From: Sedimentisphaerales bacterium
GTDB lineage: Bacteria > Planctomycetota > Phycisphaerae > Sedimentisphaerales > Anaerobacaceae
Assembly (NCBI GenBank): GCA_040772485.1
Contig: JAXGYC010000007.1
Location: forward strand, 256,001-320,000
DNA length: 64,000 bases
Direction of reading: 5' to 3'
The position numbers were made by a program, and so were the translations under genes. This document shows positions 43,256 through 53,015 of this stretch, in pieces. The notes beneath the pieces were generated by a model that searched no databases, was not told the DNA's origin, and was given only the letters and a program-made list of their open reading frames with translations. Within the stretch, counting starts at the first letter, position 1. Every line of letters begins with the position of its first letter.

Positions 43256-43813
43256 ATGATCCAATTGACCCGAAGAGAACGACGCCTCGGCATCAGTGTG
43301 GCCGCCGCCTTGGCCGTATGGGGCATCTACGCACTGGCGATCCAGCCCATGCAGGATCGAGTGCAACTACTCCGGCGGATGATCCCGGAGAAACAGAGCG
43401 AACTCCGCGAGGTCCAGGCCAGAAGCGCCGAATACCTCGCGTTCCAGCGTGAATTCGACAAAGTGCAGGAACGCATGGCCCAACAGGATTCGGACTTCCA
43501 GTTGTTGCCATTCCTGGAATCCCTGACCGAGCAACACGGCCTGAAGACGTACCTGGTGAGAATGCAGCAACAGGATGCGCCGGCGGCAAAGCCTGGGTAC
43601 TCCGAAACCATCGTGGAGATCGGGCTGGAGGCAATTCCTCTGCGTCACCTGATCGGCTTTCTCCGCGCGCTGGAGAACTCGGCCGTGGCCGCCCAGGTCG
43701 CCAGCCTTCACATCCGCAAGCAGACGCAGGACAACGGACAGCTCGACGCGACGATCCAGATCAGCGGCCCCAGAACCGTTCAGGCCACAGGCGCCCCCGA
43801 CCGGTCTGTCTGA
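43256..43813 (+). CDS. gspM: T2SS protein M
   Basis: LTRRERRL, TM, coiled coil, LIGFLRALE. Confidence 0.8.
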   Translation: MIQLTRRERRLGISVAAALAVWGIYALAIQPMQDRVQLLRRMIPEKQSELREVQARSAEYLAFQREFDKVQERMAQQDSDFQLLPFLESLTEQHGLKTYLVRMQQQDAPAAKPGYSETIVEIGLEAIPLRHLIGFLRALENSAVAAQVASLHIRKQTQDNGQLDATIQISGPRTVQATGAPDRSV

Positions 43814-43914
43814 TAGCGTCGCGGCCGCGTCTCGTCCCCTCGCTGCCTGACAGTCGGAGGCGTCACCGGCCGGCGGCTCAACCACTCGGATCGGCCCGGT
43901 CGCTCGGCATGGGG

Positions 43915-43943
43915 TTGCGATAGGGTCTGTCTGATGGTATAGA
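43915..43943 (+). promoter_or_regulatory. Putative sigma70 promoter for the peptidase/ATP-grasp pair
   Basis: TTGCGA-N17-TATAGA with TG just upstream of the -10. Confidence 0.45.
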
Positions 43944-43980
43944 AACCTGCAAGGACGTCCCCCGAACCACGGTGAAACGG

Positions 43981-45012
43981 ATGGCAAGAACGAAGACACA
44001 CAAGACGCGCCGATGGGAAGACTTGCCCGATGAGGAGTTGCTCCAGGTGCGCGTCCGGGACCTCGGACTCCAGATTCCCGGCTCTTGCGTCGAACCCTTC
44101 GTCCGGGAGCTGCACGACGAGTTGGCCGCAAAAGGCATTTCCTGCCACCCGACGTGCTATCTGGCCGACGAATGGCTCACGCCGGACAAGATCCCGACGA
44201 TCGGCATACCGTTCTGCCTGGCCCATCCGCGCCTCAGAAAGCTCGAAGAGACGATGATGTACGAGGTCGAGGGAGGCGATCCGGCGGTCTGTATGAAGCT
44301 GCTGCGCCACGAATGCGGTCATGCGCTCAACTACGCCTACCGGCTCTACCGCCGCACACGATGGCGCCAGATGTTCGGATTGTTCTCCGCCCCCTATTCC
44401 AACTCCTACTCCTATCAGCCGTACTCGCGCCGGTTTGTCCTCCACCTGGAGGACAACTATGCCCAATCGCATCCGGACGAAGACTTCGCCGAGACGTTTG
44501 CCGTCTGGCTCACACCGGACAGCGCCTGGCAAGAGAAGTATAAGGACTGGCCGGTCATCAAGAAGCTCCAGTATGTGGACCACGTGATGCGGCAGATCGC
44601 CGACCGCCCTCCGATCGTGACGTTCAAGGGCCATCCGCCCTACTCGGCCGCTCGCATGACGTCCACCTTGGCGGCCCACTACGAACGCAAACGGCGCATC
44701 CTGGGCACCGAGTTCCAGGGCTATTATGACGATAGTCTGCGGGATTTGTTTGCCGCCGACCGTGCCGCGCATTCCGGGCGCAAAGCCTCCCGCCTGGTGC
44801 GCTCTCATCGGGCCCGACTCGTCAACAACGTCACCCGATGGACCGGCCATCGCAAGTTCGACATTTTCCAGCTCGTGAATCGGCTGGCTGCGCGATGCGA
44901 GGCGCTGGGGCTCTCGGCAGACGGGGGTGATGAAGAGACCATGATCGGCCTGACCGCCATGGTCACGGCAATTGCCAGCAACACCCTGACCGTCAGCAAG
45001 AAACGAAGGTGA
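43981..45012 (+). CDS. Putative zinc-binding metallopeptidase (zincin)
   Basis: LLRHECGHALNY (HExxH), YAQSHPDEDFAETFAVWL. Confidence 0.85.
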   Translation: MARTKTHKTRRWEDLPDEELLQVRVRDLGLQIPGSCVEPFVRELHDELAAKGISCHPTCYLADEWLTPDKIPTIGIPFCLAHPRLRKLEETMMYEVEGGDPAVCMKLLRHECGHALNYAYRLYRRTRWRQMFGLFSAPYSNSYSYQPYSRRFVLHLEDNYAQSHPDEDFAETFAVWLTPDSAWQEKYKDWPVIKKLQYVDHVMRQIADRPPIVTFKGHPPYSAARMTSTLAAHYERKRRILGTEFQGYYDDSLRDLFAADRAAHSGRKASRLVRSHRARLVNNVTRWTGHRKFDIFQLVNRLAARCEALGLSADGGDEETMIGLTAMVTAIASNTLTVSKKRR

Positions 45013-45014
45013 GC

Positions 45015-46022
45015 ATGACTCGACGATTGCACATCACAGTTCTGGTGGACCCGGCTACGGTTCCGCCGGACGATCCGGAGTTTCGAGACTCCGAGGGCAA
45101 GACGATCACCGAATACCATGTGTGCCATGCGCTGCGCGGCCTGGGCCACCGCGTCAGCGCCATGGGGGCCGAGTATGACATCGCATCGGTGGCCACGACA
45201 CTGAAGCAGCAGGCGCCGGACCTCGTATTCAACCTGACCGAGCAGTTCTGCGGCGACCGGCAGATGGACAAGAACATCGCCGCACTGCTCGAACTGCTCG
45301 ACATTCCGTTCACCGGCGCCGGCGCGATGGGACTGTTGCTGGCGCGCGACAAGAGGTTGTGCAAGCAGATTCTGCGACTGCACCGCATCCGCGTTCCGAA
45401 TTTTATCTCTCTGCCGTACCGCCACAGGGTGCGCGTACCCGCCAATCTGCCTTATCCGATGGTGGTCAAGCCCGCCTTCGAAGACAGCTCGGAAGGGATC
45501 TCCAACGCATCCCTGGTTTACGACGCGCAGGCTCTGGCCGAACGGGCTGCCTTCATCCACGAACGATGGAATCAGGCGGCCATCGCCGAGGAGTACATCG
45601 AGGGGCGCGAGCTCTATGTCAGCGTCATCGGCAACAAACGTCTGACGGTCCTGCCCGCGCGCGAGTGCTATTTCAACGAGAAGGGCGATCAGGGCCCCGT
45701 CCTGCTGACGTATCGCTGCAAGTGGGACGCGGCATACCGTGAGAAATGGAAGATCGAGTTCGGGTTTGCCGATCTGTCTGGCGGCGTTTTGCAGGGCGTC
45801 GAGCGTGTGTGTAAGCGGGTGTACCGGGCGCTTCAGCTCCAGGACTACGGCCGCATCGACCTGCGTCTGACGCCCGATGAGAAGCTGGTCGTGCTGGAGG
45901 CCAATCCCAATCCCGACATCGCCTACGGCGAGGAGGTAGCCGAGGCGGCCCGAAAGGCCGGCATGAACTACGAGTCTTTCATCGACAGAATCATCCACCT
46001 GGCCTTGAGACGCAATGCATAG
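45015..46022 (+). CDS. ATP-grasp ligase, D-Ala-D-Ala ligase-like but atypical
   Basis: PDLVFNL, IPFTG, DKRLCK, VVKPAFEDSSEGI, EEYIEGRE, YGRIDLR, LEANPNP. Confidence 0.85.
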   Translation: MTRRLHITVLVDPATVPPDDPEFRDSEGKTITEYHVCHALRGLGHRVSAMGAEYDIASVATTLKQQAPDLVFNLTEQFCGDRQMDKNIAALLELLDIPFTGAGAMGLLLARDKRLCKQILRLHRIRVPNFISLPYRHRVRVPANLPYPMVVKPAFEDSSEGISNASLVYDAQALAERAAFIHERWNQAAIAEEYIEGRELYVSVIGNKRLTVLPARECYFNEKGDQGPVLLTYRCKWDAAYREKWKIEFGFADLSGGVLQGVERVCKRVYRALQLQDYGRIDLRLTPDEKLVVLEANPNPDIAYGEEVAEAARKAGMNYESFIDRIIHLALRRNA

Positions 46023-46307
46023 TCGTCTCCGGGCGGCCGATGGTGTCCTCCGGAGGTGTCTTTCGCGGCTGTCTTCCCCGAGCCGGCGGGCTGGCCGATC
46101 GTGTGCCCAGCCGGGCGATCGGGCCCTCGCGGAACGGCACGCAAACCCCCTTTCCAGGCCCAAGAAAAATGCACCGATTTTTGCACAAATGGTATTGCTT
46201 TTCCCCCTTCCAGGCGTACCATGTTGACGCCGTTGGAGGTGGGTTCTCGCGAACCCGTTTTGCAGCGTAGATGGAAATCAACAACTCATTTTTGAAGGTG
46301 TGCGAAG

Positions 46308-46577
46308 ATGTGTGAATCGTGTGGATGTATTCCGTGTGATGCGTGCGGCGCTCCTCTTGCGAATGGAACCTGTGCCGGCTGCGGCGAGACGCCCGACAAC
46401 TGCACGTGCGAGCTGCTCGAAGAGGAACTCGCATACGACGAAGACGAAGACTTCGAGGATGACGACGAAGACCTCGACGACGAGGACGAGGAAGACGACG
46501 AGGATGAGGATGAAGAGGAGGAGGAATACGAGGACGATGAAGATGAAGATGAAGACGAAGACGACGAGGACTGGTAG
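46308..46577 (+). CDS. Small protein with a 9-Cys N-terminus and a poly-Asp/Glu tail
   Basis: MCESCGCIPCDACG..CAGCG..CTC followed by ~55 mostly D/E residues; GAAGG upstream; strong GAN codon periodicity. Confidence 0.75.
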   Translation: MCESCGCIPCDACGAPLANGTCAGCGETPDNCTCELLEEELAYDEDEDFEDDDEDLDDEDEEDDEDEDEEEEEYEDDEDEDEDEDDEDW

Positions 46578-46922
46578 TCAGTACCCCTGTTAGATCCGAC
46601 GGCAACCGCCGACACGGGGTTGTCGCCTGCCCAAGCCGTTGCGACCCCCCCCTATACCTACCGCACTGCGGGTAGCTTGGTTCGTCTGCCTCCGCCGGCA
46701 AACAGTCTCTGCGCGGCCATCTGGGAAAGGCCATTTTCCCGCCGACAATGACCCGCTTTCTCGGCGCTCTCCTTCGGGAGAGCGCCGCCCCGTCAGCGCC
46801 CCTCGTGACTGCCTTTCCGGTTCTTCAGGGCAACCACATTACCTTCGCCAACGGTACAAGTTCCAACGGAACGGCCCGCTCAGTCTGCGATGCCATTCCA
46901 TTCATCTGTTTCGTGTCGTCAT

Positions 46923-47126
46923 TCAGCAGGGCCGGACGTTGGTCGCCTCCAGACCCTTCCTGCCTTGGGCAGGCTCATACTCGACGGGCTGCCCATCCTG
47001 GAGCGTCTTGAAGCCCGTCCCGGCGATATTGGAGTGATGGACGAACAGATCCTCACCGCCGTCATCCGGGATGATGAAGCCGAATCCCTTCTTCTCACTG
47101 AACCACTTGACAGTCCCCTTTGCCAC
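46923..47126 (-). CDS. csp: Cold-shock protein
   Basis: [35 protein letters not shown]. Confidence 0.95.
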   Translation of the reverse strand: MAKGTVKWFSEKKGFGFIIPDDGGEDLFVHHSNIAGTGFKTLQDGQPVEYEPAQGRKGLEATNVRPC

Positions 47127-47231
47127 TTCGTCTTCTCCTCAGACCCACATGGGCCTTCACTACGGATTCCCTCTTCTGCTCAACAGGCACCCCTTCGAGG
47201 GAAGAAAGGATGCACCTTGACACATAGATAC

Positions 47232-47260
47232 ATATTACCGGCCTCGACGCCGACTGTCAA
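47232..47260 (-). promoter_or_regulatory. Putative sigma70 promoter of csp (~100-nt 5' UTR)
   Basis: TTGACA-N17-TAATAT on the minus strand. Confidence 0.6.
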
Positions 47261-47395
47261 AAAAAACGCTGCTGCCATCACATAAACGCCAAATCGGGGT
47301 GCCGGGACATCATGGAGGCAAGATCAAAGCAGTCCGGCACTCTCCCGTCCAGCCATCCGGGAGCGCCCCCGGACAAGGGGCCCTGCAATCCCGGG

Positions 47396-47614
47396 TCACG
47401 CCTTCGTCGTGAAGCAGTCCGCGCGCCAGCAGCATTCCTGCCAGGGGCACTGCCCGTTGGAACGGCCGTAACACGGTGTACAGCCTTCTGCTATCTGAAT
47501 GGCGTGAATCAGTTCCACTTTCTTCATCTTGCCGGGTACTATCCCCAACTCCTTGGCCCTGTCCTTGATCTCGGGCATCGTCATCCGCTTCGCTGTTGCA
47601 CTTGCCACTGCCAT
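47396..47614 (-). CDS. Small Rho_N/SAP-like protein with a Cys-rich C-terminus
   Basis: EIKDRAKELGI..KMKKVELIHAIQIAEG then CTPC..C....CCWRADC; GAAGGA RBS. Confidence 0.75.
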   Translation of the reverse strand: MAVASATAKRMTMPEIKDRAKELGIVPGKMKKVELIHAIQIAEGCTPCYGRSNGQCPWQECCWRADCFTTKA

Positions 47615-48012
47615 GTTCCTTCTCCAGACATCGGGTCTGAGTTTGACTCCGTTTTCGTATCTCCTCGGTCCGTCAGGCACCGGGCCGGCGTTGCCGTGGC
47701 ATCGGTCCGGTTCCGCCTATATCTTCGGCCGGGAACGCCCCCTTCCTCAGTGGACTTTGCACAAAACCGCCGTCTTTGCCCTCCTCCTTGGGTCTGGCCG
47801 GCCACCGGCGGCATCGAGACAGTTCACCACAGAGCCGTTCCGACGGGATCGCCTCCCAGGCCAGTCGCGCTCTGTGGCTGTTCTTCTGAGACCTTCGTTC
47901 GAACGCACCGGCCTTTTTTCGTTGATCTCAGCGATCGGAAGCACTACCACATGCGATACGATGTTATCGGAGGCAACAGCATGAGCAGCCATTTCGTTCC
48001 GAGGAACCTCCC

Positions 48013-50628
48013 ATGAAGCCACGACAGACCCCAAAGACCAATGACGGGCCACGACGACGAATCCGCAGTTTCCCCGACGTCGTGTTCCGGGCGATGGCAG
48101 GGCTCAGCCTGCTGATGGCAGGCTCGGCGCTGGGCCAGGATTTCGTGCCCTTCGTCATTCCGGCCCAAGTCGATCCGGGACACGTTATCTGGAGGAGGGA
48201 CTGCGAGGCGGTCGCCACCGATTCGGAACGTCTTATAACGCGAGAGGCGCATTTCGAGCACGCCGGCCGCCGCGTGCGCATCTGGGGCGTCAATCTTTCC
48301 TTTGGGGCGAATTTCCCTACCCATGAGGATGCTCCCCATGTGGCACGACGGCTTGCGGCCGCTGGCGTCAACAGCGTCCGATGCCATCACATGGACACGT
48401 CCCGCTGGCCGCGAGGTCTCTGGAACGCGCAAGATGGCCGCACGATTGAGCCGCAGGCTCTGGACCGGCTCGACTACTTCATCAATGAACTGGCCGGACA
48501 GGGCATCTACGTCAATATCAACCTCCACGTGGGCCGCGCCCACAGCGAGTATCTTGATTTGCCCAAGGCCAACCGCGAATACGACAAGATCGCCGGCATC
48601 TTCACGCCGGCCCTCATCGATGCTCAGAAGCAGTTCGCCCGGGAGCTGCTGACCCATGTCAACCCCTACCGTGGGGTTCGCTACGCGGACGACCCTGCGA
48701 TCGCCTTCGTCGAGATCACCAACGAAGACAGCCTCTTCATGTGGGACGCTGAGAACACACTCCGAACGCTGCCGCCGTACTATGCGGAGATTCTCCAGGG
48801 CCGGTTCGTCCGGTGGCTGCAGGACCGCTACAAGGCCGACGAAGCGCTCCGAGTCGCCTGGAGTCGCCGCACGGAACCTCTGGGCCAGACGATGCTGCGA
48901 AACGGAGACTTCCGTCAGAGAGATGACGCCGGAAACCTGCCCCAACACTGGAACCTCGAACGGCACGCGGGCTGTCGGGCCTTCGTCTCACGAACCGCAG
49001 ACGCAATCCGTGTTGAGATCGATCAGGCCGACGAGACCGCCTGGCACCTTCAGTTGACCCAGAGCGGGTTGGCGCTGTCCGAGGGCCGCTACTACACGGT
49101 TTCGTTTGACGCCTGGAGCGATGGAGCACGCGAGATCGGATGCAGTGTGGGCCAGGCTCATGATCCCTGGGCCAACATGGGCCTGTCCAGAACGCTCGCG
49201 CTCAGTGCTGAACGGAAGCGTTTCCGCCTTGGCTTCGTGGCAAGGGCGAATGAGGCAAACGCGCGGGTCAGCTTCGCCCTGAGCGGAGATTCCGCGCCGG
49301 TCCATTTGGCCAACGTCGAGGTCCGCCCCGGTGGGCAAATCGGCCTGGCGGAGGGAGAATCGCTCGCGGACGGCAGTATTCGCCTCTTCCAGGAAAACGA
49401 AAGCCACCGGAGGATACTCGACCGCATGATGTTCCTGGCCGAGACCGAGAAGACCTATTTCGACGAGATGCGCCGCTTCATCAAGAGTGACTTGAGCTGT
49501 GCAGCGATGGTTACAGGCACCATCGTCTTCGGCCCGCTGGGGCTCTGGGCGCAGAGCGATATGGACTTCATCGATTCCCACGCCTACTGGCAACACCCGC
49601 GTTTCCCCGGCCGGCCCTGGGACCAGGGCAACTGGCTGATCGACCAGAAGCCGATGACGGATTACCCAAACGAGGCGACGCTGTTTCGCATCGCCGCCGA
49701 ACGACTCGCGGGCAAGCCTTTCACCGTCAGCGAATACAATCACCCCGCTCCGTTGGACGTCCAGGCCGAATGCGTCCCGATGATCGCGTCGTTCGCGGCC
49801 GCCCAGGATTGGGATGGAATCTGGTTCTACACTTACTCCCACAGCGGCGACAGTTGGGACCGCGAAACGCTCAGCAGCTTCTTTGACATCGACACAAACC
49901 CCGCCAAATGGGGCTTCATGCGGGCGGGCGCCGCCATCTTTCGCGATGCGGCGCTCGCGCCGTTGCAGCCGACTCGTCCCGTGCGGATCGCCGATCCTTC
50001 CAACGAGCTGGCCAGCCTCGCCAGCCTTCATATCCAACACGACCGGAATATGCTCGGGATTCTGACGGAGGCAGGCAACATCACCTACACAGACATGCTC
50101 AAGGCGGTGTATGTGCCCTCGTGCGCTTCCAAGGCGTTCGTGAGCGGAGCGGGCGGCTCACGACGAAGCACGTTGGCATGGTCCGTGGATTCGGCCAGCA
50201 AAGGCCTCTACCATTCGGCCGGTCCGAATGCGCAGGTCTACATCGGACACGCGGAGCGCATCGCAACGGCCACGCGCGGGTATGTCCGCATCAGCGGACC
50301 CGAGTTCGTGGCGCTCACCGTCACGCCCCTGGGCGACGCGAAGCATATCCTCATCACCGCTTGTGGTCGATGCGAAAACACCGGCACGCGGTTCTCCGAA
50401 GACCGTCGGACGGTGGGCCGCAACTGGGGCCAGGCGCCGGTGCAGATCGAGGCCGTTCGCGGGTCGCTCGTCCTGCCGCAGGGACAATGGACCTGCCAGG
50501 CACTGGCTCCGAACGGCTCGCCCAAGCAGCAGGTTTCCATCTCGTATGGAGAAGGCGAGCGCGGGGTTCTCGAACTGTCGCCGAGCTATGCGACCATGTG
50601 GTATCTCCTGGAGCGCAAGACGAACTGA
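48013..50628 (+). CDS. Secreted clan GH-A (GH5-like) glycoside hydrolase with an inserted CBM4/9-like domain
   Basis: WGVN, GVNSVRCHHMD, THVNPY, EITNED (acid/base), DSHAYWQHP, VSEYN (nucleophile); NGDF..WHLQL insert. Confidence 0.75.
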   Translation: MKPRQTPKTNDGPRRRIRSFPDVVFRAMAGLSLLMAGSALGQDFVPFVIPAQVDPGHVIWRRDCEAVATDSERLITREAHFEHAGRRVRIWGVNLSFGANFPTHEDAPHVARRLAAAGVNSVRCHHMDTSRWPRGLWNAQDGRTIEPQALDRLDYFINELAGQGIYVNINLHVGRAHSEYLDLPKANREYDKIAGIFTPALIDAQKQFARELLTHVNPYRGVRYADDPAIAFVEITNEDSLFMWDAENTLRTLPPYYAEILQGRFVRWLQDRYKADEALRVAWSRRTEPLGQTMLRNGDFRQRDDAGNLPQHWNLERHAGCRAFVSRTADAIRVEIDQADETAWHLQLTQSGLALSEGRYYTVSFDAWSDGAREIGCSVGQAHDPWANMGLSRTLALSAERKRFRLGFVARANEANARVSFALSGDSAPVHLANVEVRPGGQIGLAEGESLADGSIRLFQENESHRRILDRMMFLAETEKTYFDEMRRFIKSDLSCAAMVTGTIVFGPLGLWAQSDMDFIDSHAYWQHPRFPGRPWDQGNWLIDQKPMTDYPNEATLFRIAAERLAGKPFTVSEYNHPAPLDVQAECVPMIASFAAAQDWDGIWFYTYSHSGDSWDRETLSSFFDIDTNPAKWGFMRAGAAIFRDAALAPLQPTRPVRIADPSNELASLASLHIQHDRNMLGILTEAGNITYTDMLKAVYVPSCASKAFVSGAGGSRRSTLAWSVDSASKGLYHSAGPNAQVYIGHAERIATATRGYVRISGPEFVALTVTPLGDAKHILITACGRCENTGTRFSEDRRTVGRNWGQAPVQIEAVRGSLVLPQGQWTCQALAPNGSPKQQVSISYGEGERGVLELSPSYATMWYLLERKTN

Positions 50629-50674
50629 GCCGCATTCCCTTGCCTCGGACAATCTCCATACAAAGGAACGAGTC

Positions 50675-52792
50675 ATGATCGTAATCGCTACACGCCCTGG
50701 CACATTGAGATGGCTGATCTTCACATCGCTTCTGTCCACAGCATCGTTGGTTTCGATTCCGGCCCTCGGAAACTCTGCCGCACAGCAAGCCCCCGTGAGG
50801 CTTTCCATCGGGGCGGTATCCGACAGCCAGATGATTCAGCCGAATGATGCCCGCGTGGATCCGGTCGGCCCAAACAGACTGCACATCCGGACGGGTCACG
50901 AGGCTCCATGGCCCGGCGTCACACTCAAAGCTCCGTCTGGAAGGTGGGACCTGTCCGGCTACGAAACGATCGCCTTCGAAGTGGCCAATCGAGGAGACAA
51001 GTCCGTCACGGTGAACTGCCGCGTGGACAATCCGGGAGCCGACGGCGCCAACCACTGTGTCACCGGCAGCGTTACCGTCAGCCCCCAGACATCTGCGACC
51101 TTGACCGTCCGCATCTTTCCGGTGCCGTGGAAGCTCAGCGCGCCGCTGGAGTTGGTCGGCATGAGAGCGGCCCCCACCTACGAGGGAAAGATCGATCCCG
51201 CCAACGTCACTCAATTGGTTGTCTTTGTGAATCATCCCCAGGAGGATCACAACTTCGAGATCGGCCCGATTCACGCCGGCGGGCACATCGAGGTGCTCGA
51301 CGCCGCGACGTTTCTGCCATTCATCGATGAGTTCGGCCAGTACATCCACAGGGACTGGCCCGGCAAGACCCATGCGACGCAAGAGCTGATCGCCCGCAGG
51401 GACGCAGAAGAGCAGGAACTCCAGACGCATCCGGGGCCGCAAGAGCGAAATCAATATGGCGGCTGGCTGGGCGGACCTCAACTCGAGGCAACCGGCTTCT
51501 TCCGGGTCCAGAAACACCAGGGCAAGTGGTGGCTCGTCGATCCGGAAGGCCGGCTGTTCTGGTCGCACGGCATCGACTGCGTGGGCAGCGGAAACGCCAC
51601 GCCGATCAGCGACCGGGAGGCCTATTTCCGAAACCTCCCCGCCGCTGACTCGCCCTTTGCCCGATGCTACGGATCGGGCGGTTGGGCCCCTCACGGCTAC
51701 TACAAGGACCACTCGCCCTATCGAACCTATGATTTCAGCCGGGCCAACCTCCTGCGAAAGTACGGGCCGGACTTCGAGCGGCTCTTCGCCGAGCGGACGC
51801 ACCGACGCCTCAAGAGCTGGGGGATCAACACGATCGCAAACTGGTCGGACGAGGGCATCTACCTGATGCGGAAAGCCCCCTACACCGCGACGATCGGCTT
51901 CGAGTCCAGACGTCTGGAAGGCTCCGAAGGCTACTGGGGCAAGTTCTACGACGTCTTCGATCCGGACTTCCGCGAGCAGCTCCGCCGCCGGCTGGCCCGT
52001 GAGAAGGGCCGGACCGCCGGCGACCCATGGTGCATCGGCTACTTCGTTCACAACGAACTGTCATGGGGAGATGACACGTCGCTGGCCGTCGCGGCGCTCG
52101 CATCGCCCGCCGATCAGCCGGCCAAGAAGGTCTTTGTCGAGGATCTCAGGGCCCGATACGAGACGACAGCCAGACTCAACGAAGCATGGGGAACCGATCA
52201 CGCTTCGTGGGACAGCCTGCTCCGCAGCCAGGCTGCGCCGGACAGACAGAAGGCGATGGCGGACCTCCGGGCATTCTACGAGAAGACGGCGCGGACCTAC
52301 TTCGAAACGATCCGGGACGAGTTACGCCGAGTGGCTCCGAAACAACTCTACCTGGGTTGCCGCTTCGCGTGGGTCAACGACCTCGCAGCGCGGGCAGCCG
52401 CCGAGTTCTGCGATGTCGTCAGCTATAACCGCTACGCCTACGGCGTGGAAGATTTGAGACTGCCGGACGACATTGACCTGCCTCTGATTATTGGCGAGTT
52501 CCACTTCGGCGCCCTGGATCGCGGCATGTTCCACACCGGTCTGCGCTCGACGGCCAGCCAACAGGATCGGGCTGAGAAGTATGGCCGCTACGTGCGCGGC
52601 GCCCTGCGAAACCCTTACATCGTCGGCACGCACTGGTTCCAGTACAAAGATCAGGCCACCACCGGACGAGGAGACGGGGAGAACTACCAGATCGGTTTCA
52701 TCGATGTCTGCGATACTCCCTACCCGGAGATCGTTTCAGAGGCCCGCGAAGTCGCTGCTTCCATGTACGCGTATCGCCGGAACGCCGACTGA
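50675..52792 (+). CDS. GH50 (beta-agarase-like) glycoside hydrolase
   Basis: GFFRV..GKWWLVDPEG, SWGINTIANWS, IGYFVHNELSWG, IGEFHFGALDRG, HWFQYKDQATTGRGDGENY. Confidence 0.85.
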   Translation: MIVIATRPGTLRWLIFTSLLSTASLVSIPALGNSAAQQAPVRLSIGAVSDSQMIQPNDARVDPVGPNRLHIRTGHEAPWPGVTLKAPSGRWDLSGYETIAFEVANRGDKSVTVNCRVDNPGADGANHCVTGSVTVSPQTSATLTVRIFPVPWKLSAPLELVGMRAAPTYEGKIDPANVTQLVVFVNHPQEDHNFEIGPIHAGGHIEVLDAATFLPFIDEFGQYIHRDWPGKTHATQELIARRDAEEQELQTHPGPQERNQYGGWLGGPQLEATGFFRVQKHQGKWWLVDPEGRLFWSHGIDCVGSGNATPISDREAYFRNLPAADSPFARCYGSGGWAPHGYYKDHSPYRTYDFSRANLLRKYGPDFERLFAERTHRRLKSWGINTIANWSDEGIYLMRKAPYTATIGFESRRLEGSEGYWGKFYDVFDPDFREQLRRRLAREKGRTAGDPWCIGYFVHNELSWGDDTSLAVAALASPADQPAKKVFVEDLRARYETTARLNEAWGTDHASWDSLLRSQAAPDRQKAMADLRAFYEKTARTYFETIRDELRRVAPKQLYLGCRFAWVNDLAARAAAEFCDVVSYNRYAYGVEDLRLPDDIDLPLIIGEFHFGALDRGMFHTGLRSTASQQDRAEKYGRYVRGALRNPYIVGTHWFQYKDQATTGRGDGENYQIGFIDVCDTPYPEIVSEAREVAASMYAYRRNAD

Positions 52793-52959
52793 GGCGCACA
52801 TCGGCCGCGCCTTGCGCACCCCAAGACGGATACAAGGACGCGAGGCCAGCCTGCCCTCAACTCAACCGCTGCCAAGCCAGCCCCGCGATGTCGCCGGTGG
52901 TTTCCACACCTGTACAGACATGTTCATTAGACAGCATCACAGGCCGTCTCGCAAGCAAA

Positions 52960-52988
52960 TTGACGATGGGAATGCGGGCCACTATAAT
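52960..52988 (+). promoter_or_regulatory. Putative sigma70 promoter of sppA
   Basis: TTGACG-N17-TATAAT. Confidence 0.65.
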
Positions 52989-53015
52989 GCCGGCGGTCTT
53001 TTCAAGGAGTTGAAG

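Noticed and set aside
45015..46022. Housekeeping ddl, or a graspetide (microviridin-type) synthetase
   Set aside because: It lacks the Ddl N-terminal and omega-loop motifs and any cell-wall gene context. The nearby peptide has no Lys and few Ser/Thr donors for graspetide crosslinks.
46430..46572. GAC/GAG/GAA repeat tract as a CRISPR array or microsatellite
   Set aside because: No repeat-spacer structure; mixed synonymous codons fit a coding low-complexity region.
46286..46615. Poly-Ser ORF on the minus strand and Thr/Arg/Lys-rich ORF 46300-46593
   Set aside because: Alternative readings of the GAN-repeat acidic tail. The Cys/acidic frame has the RBS and a coherent motif.
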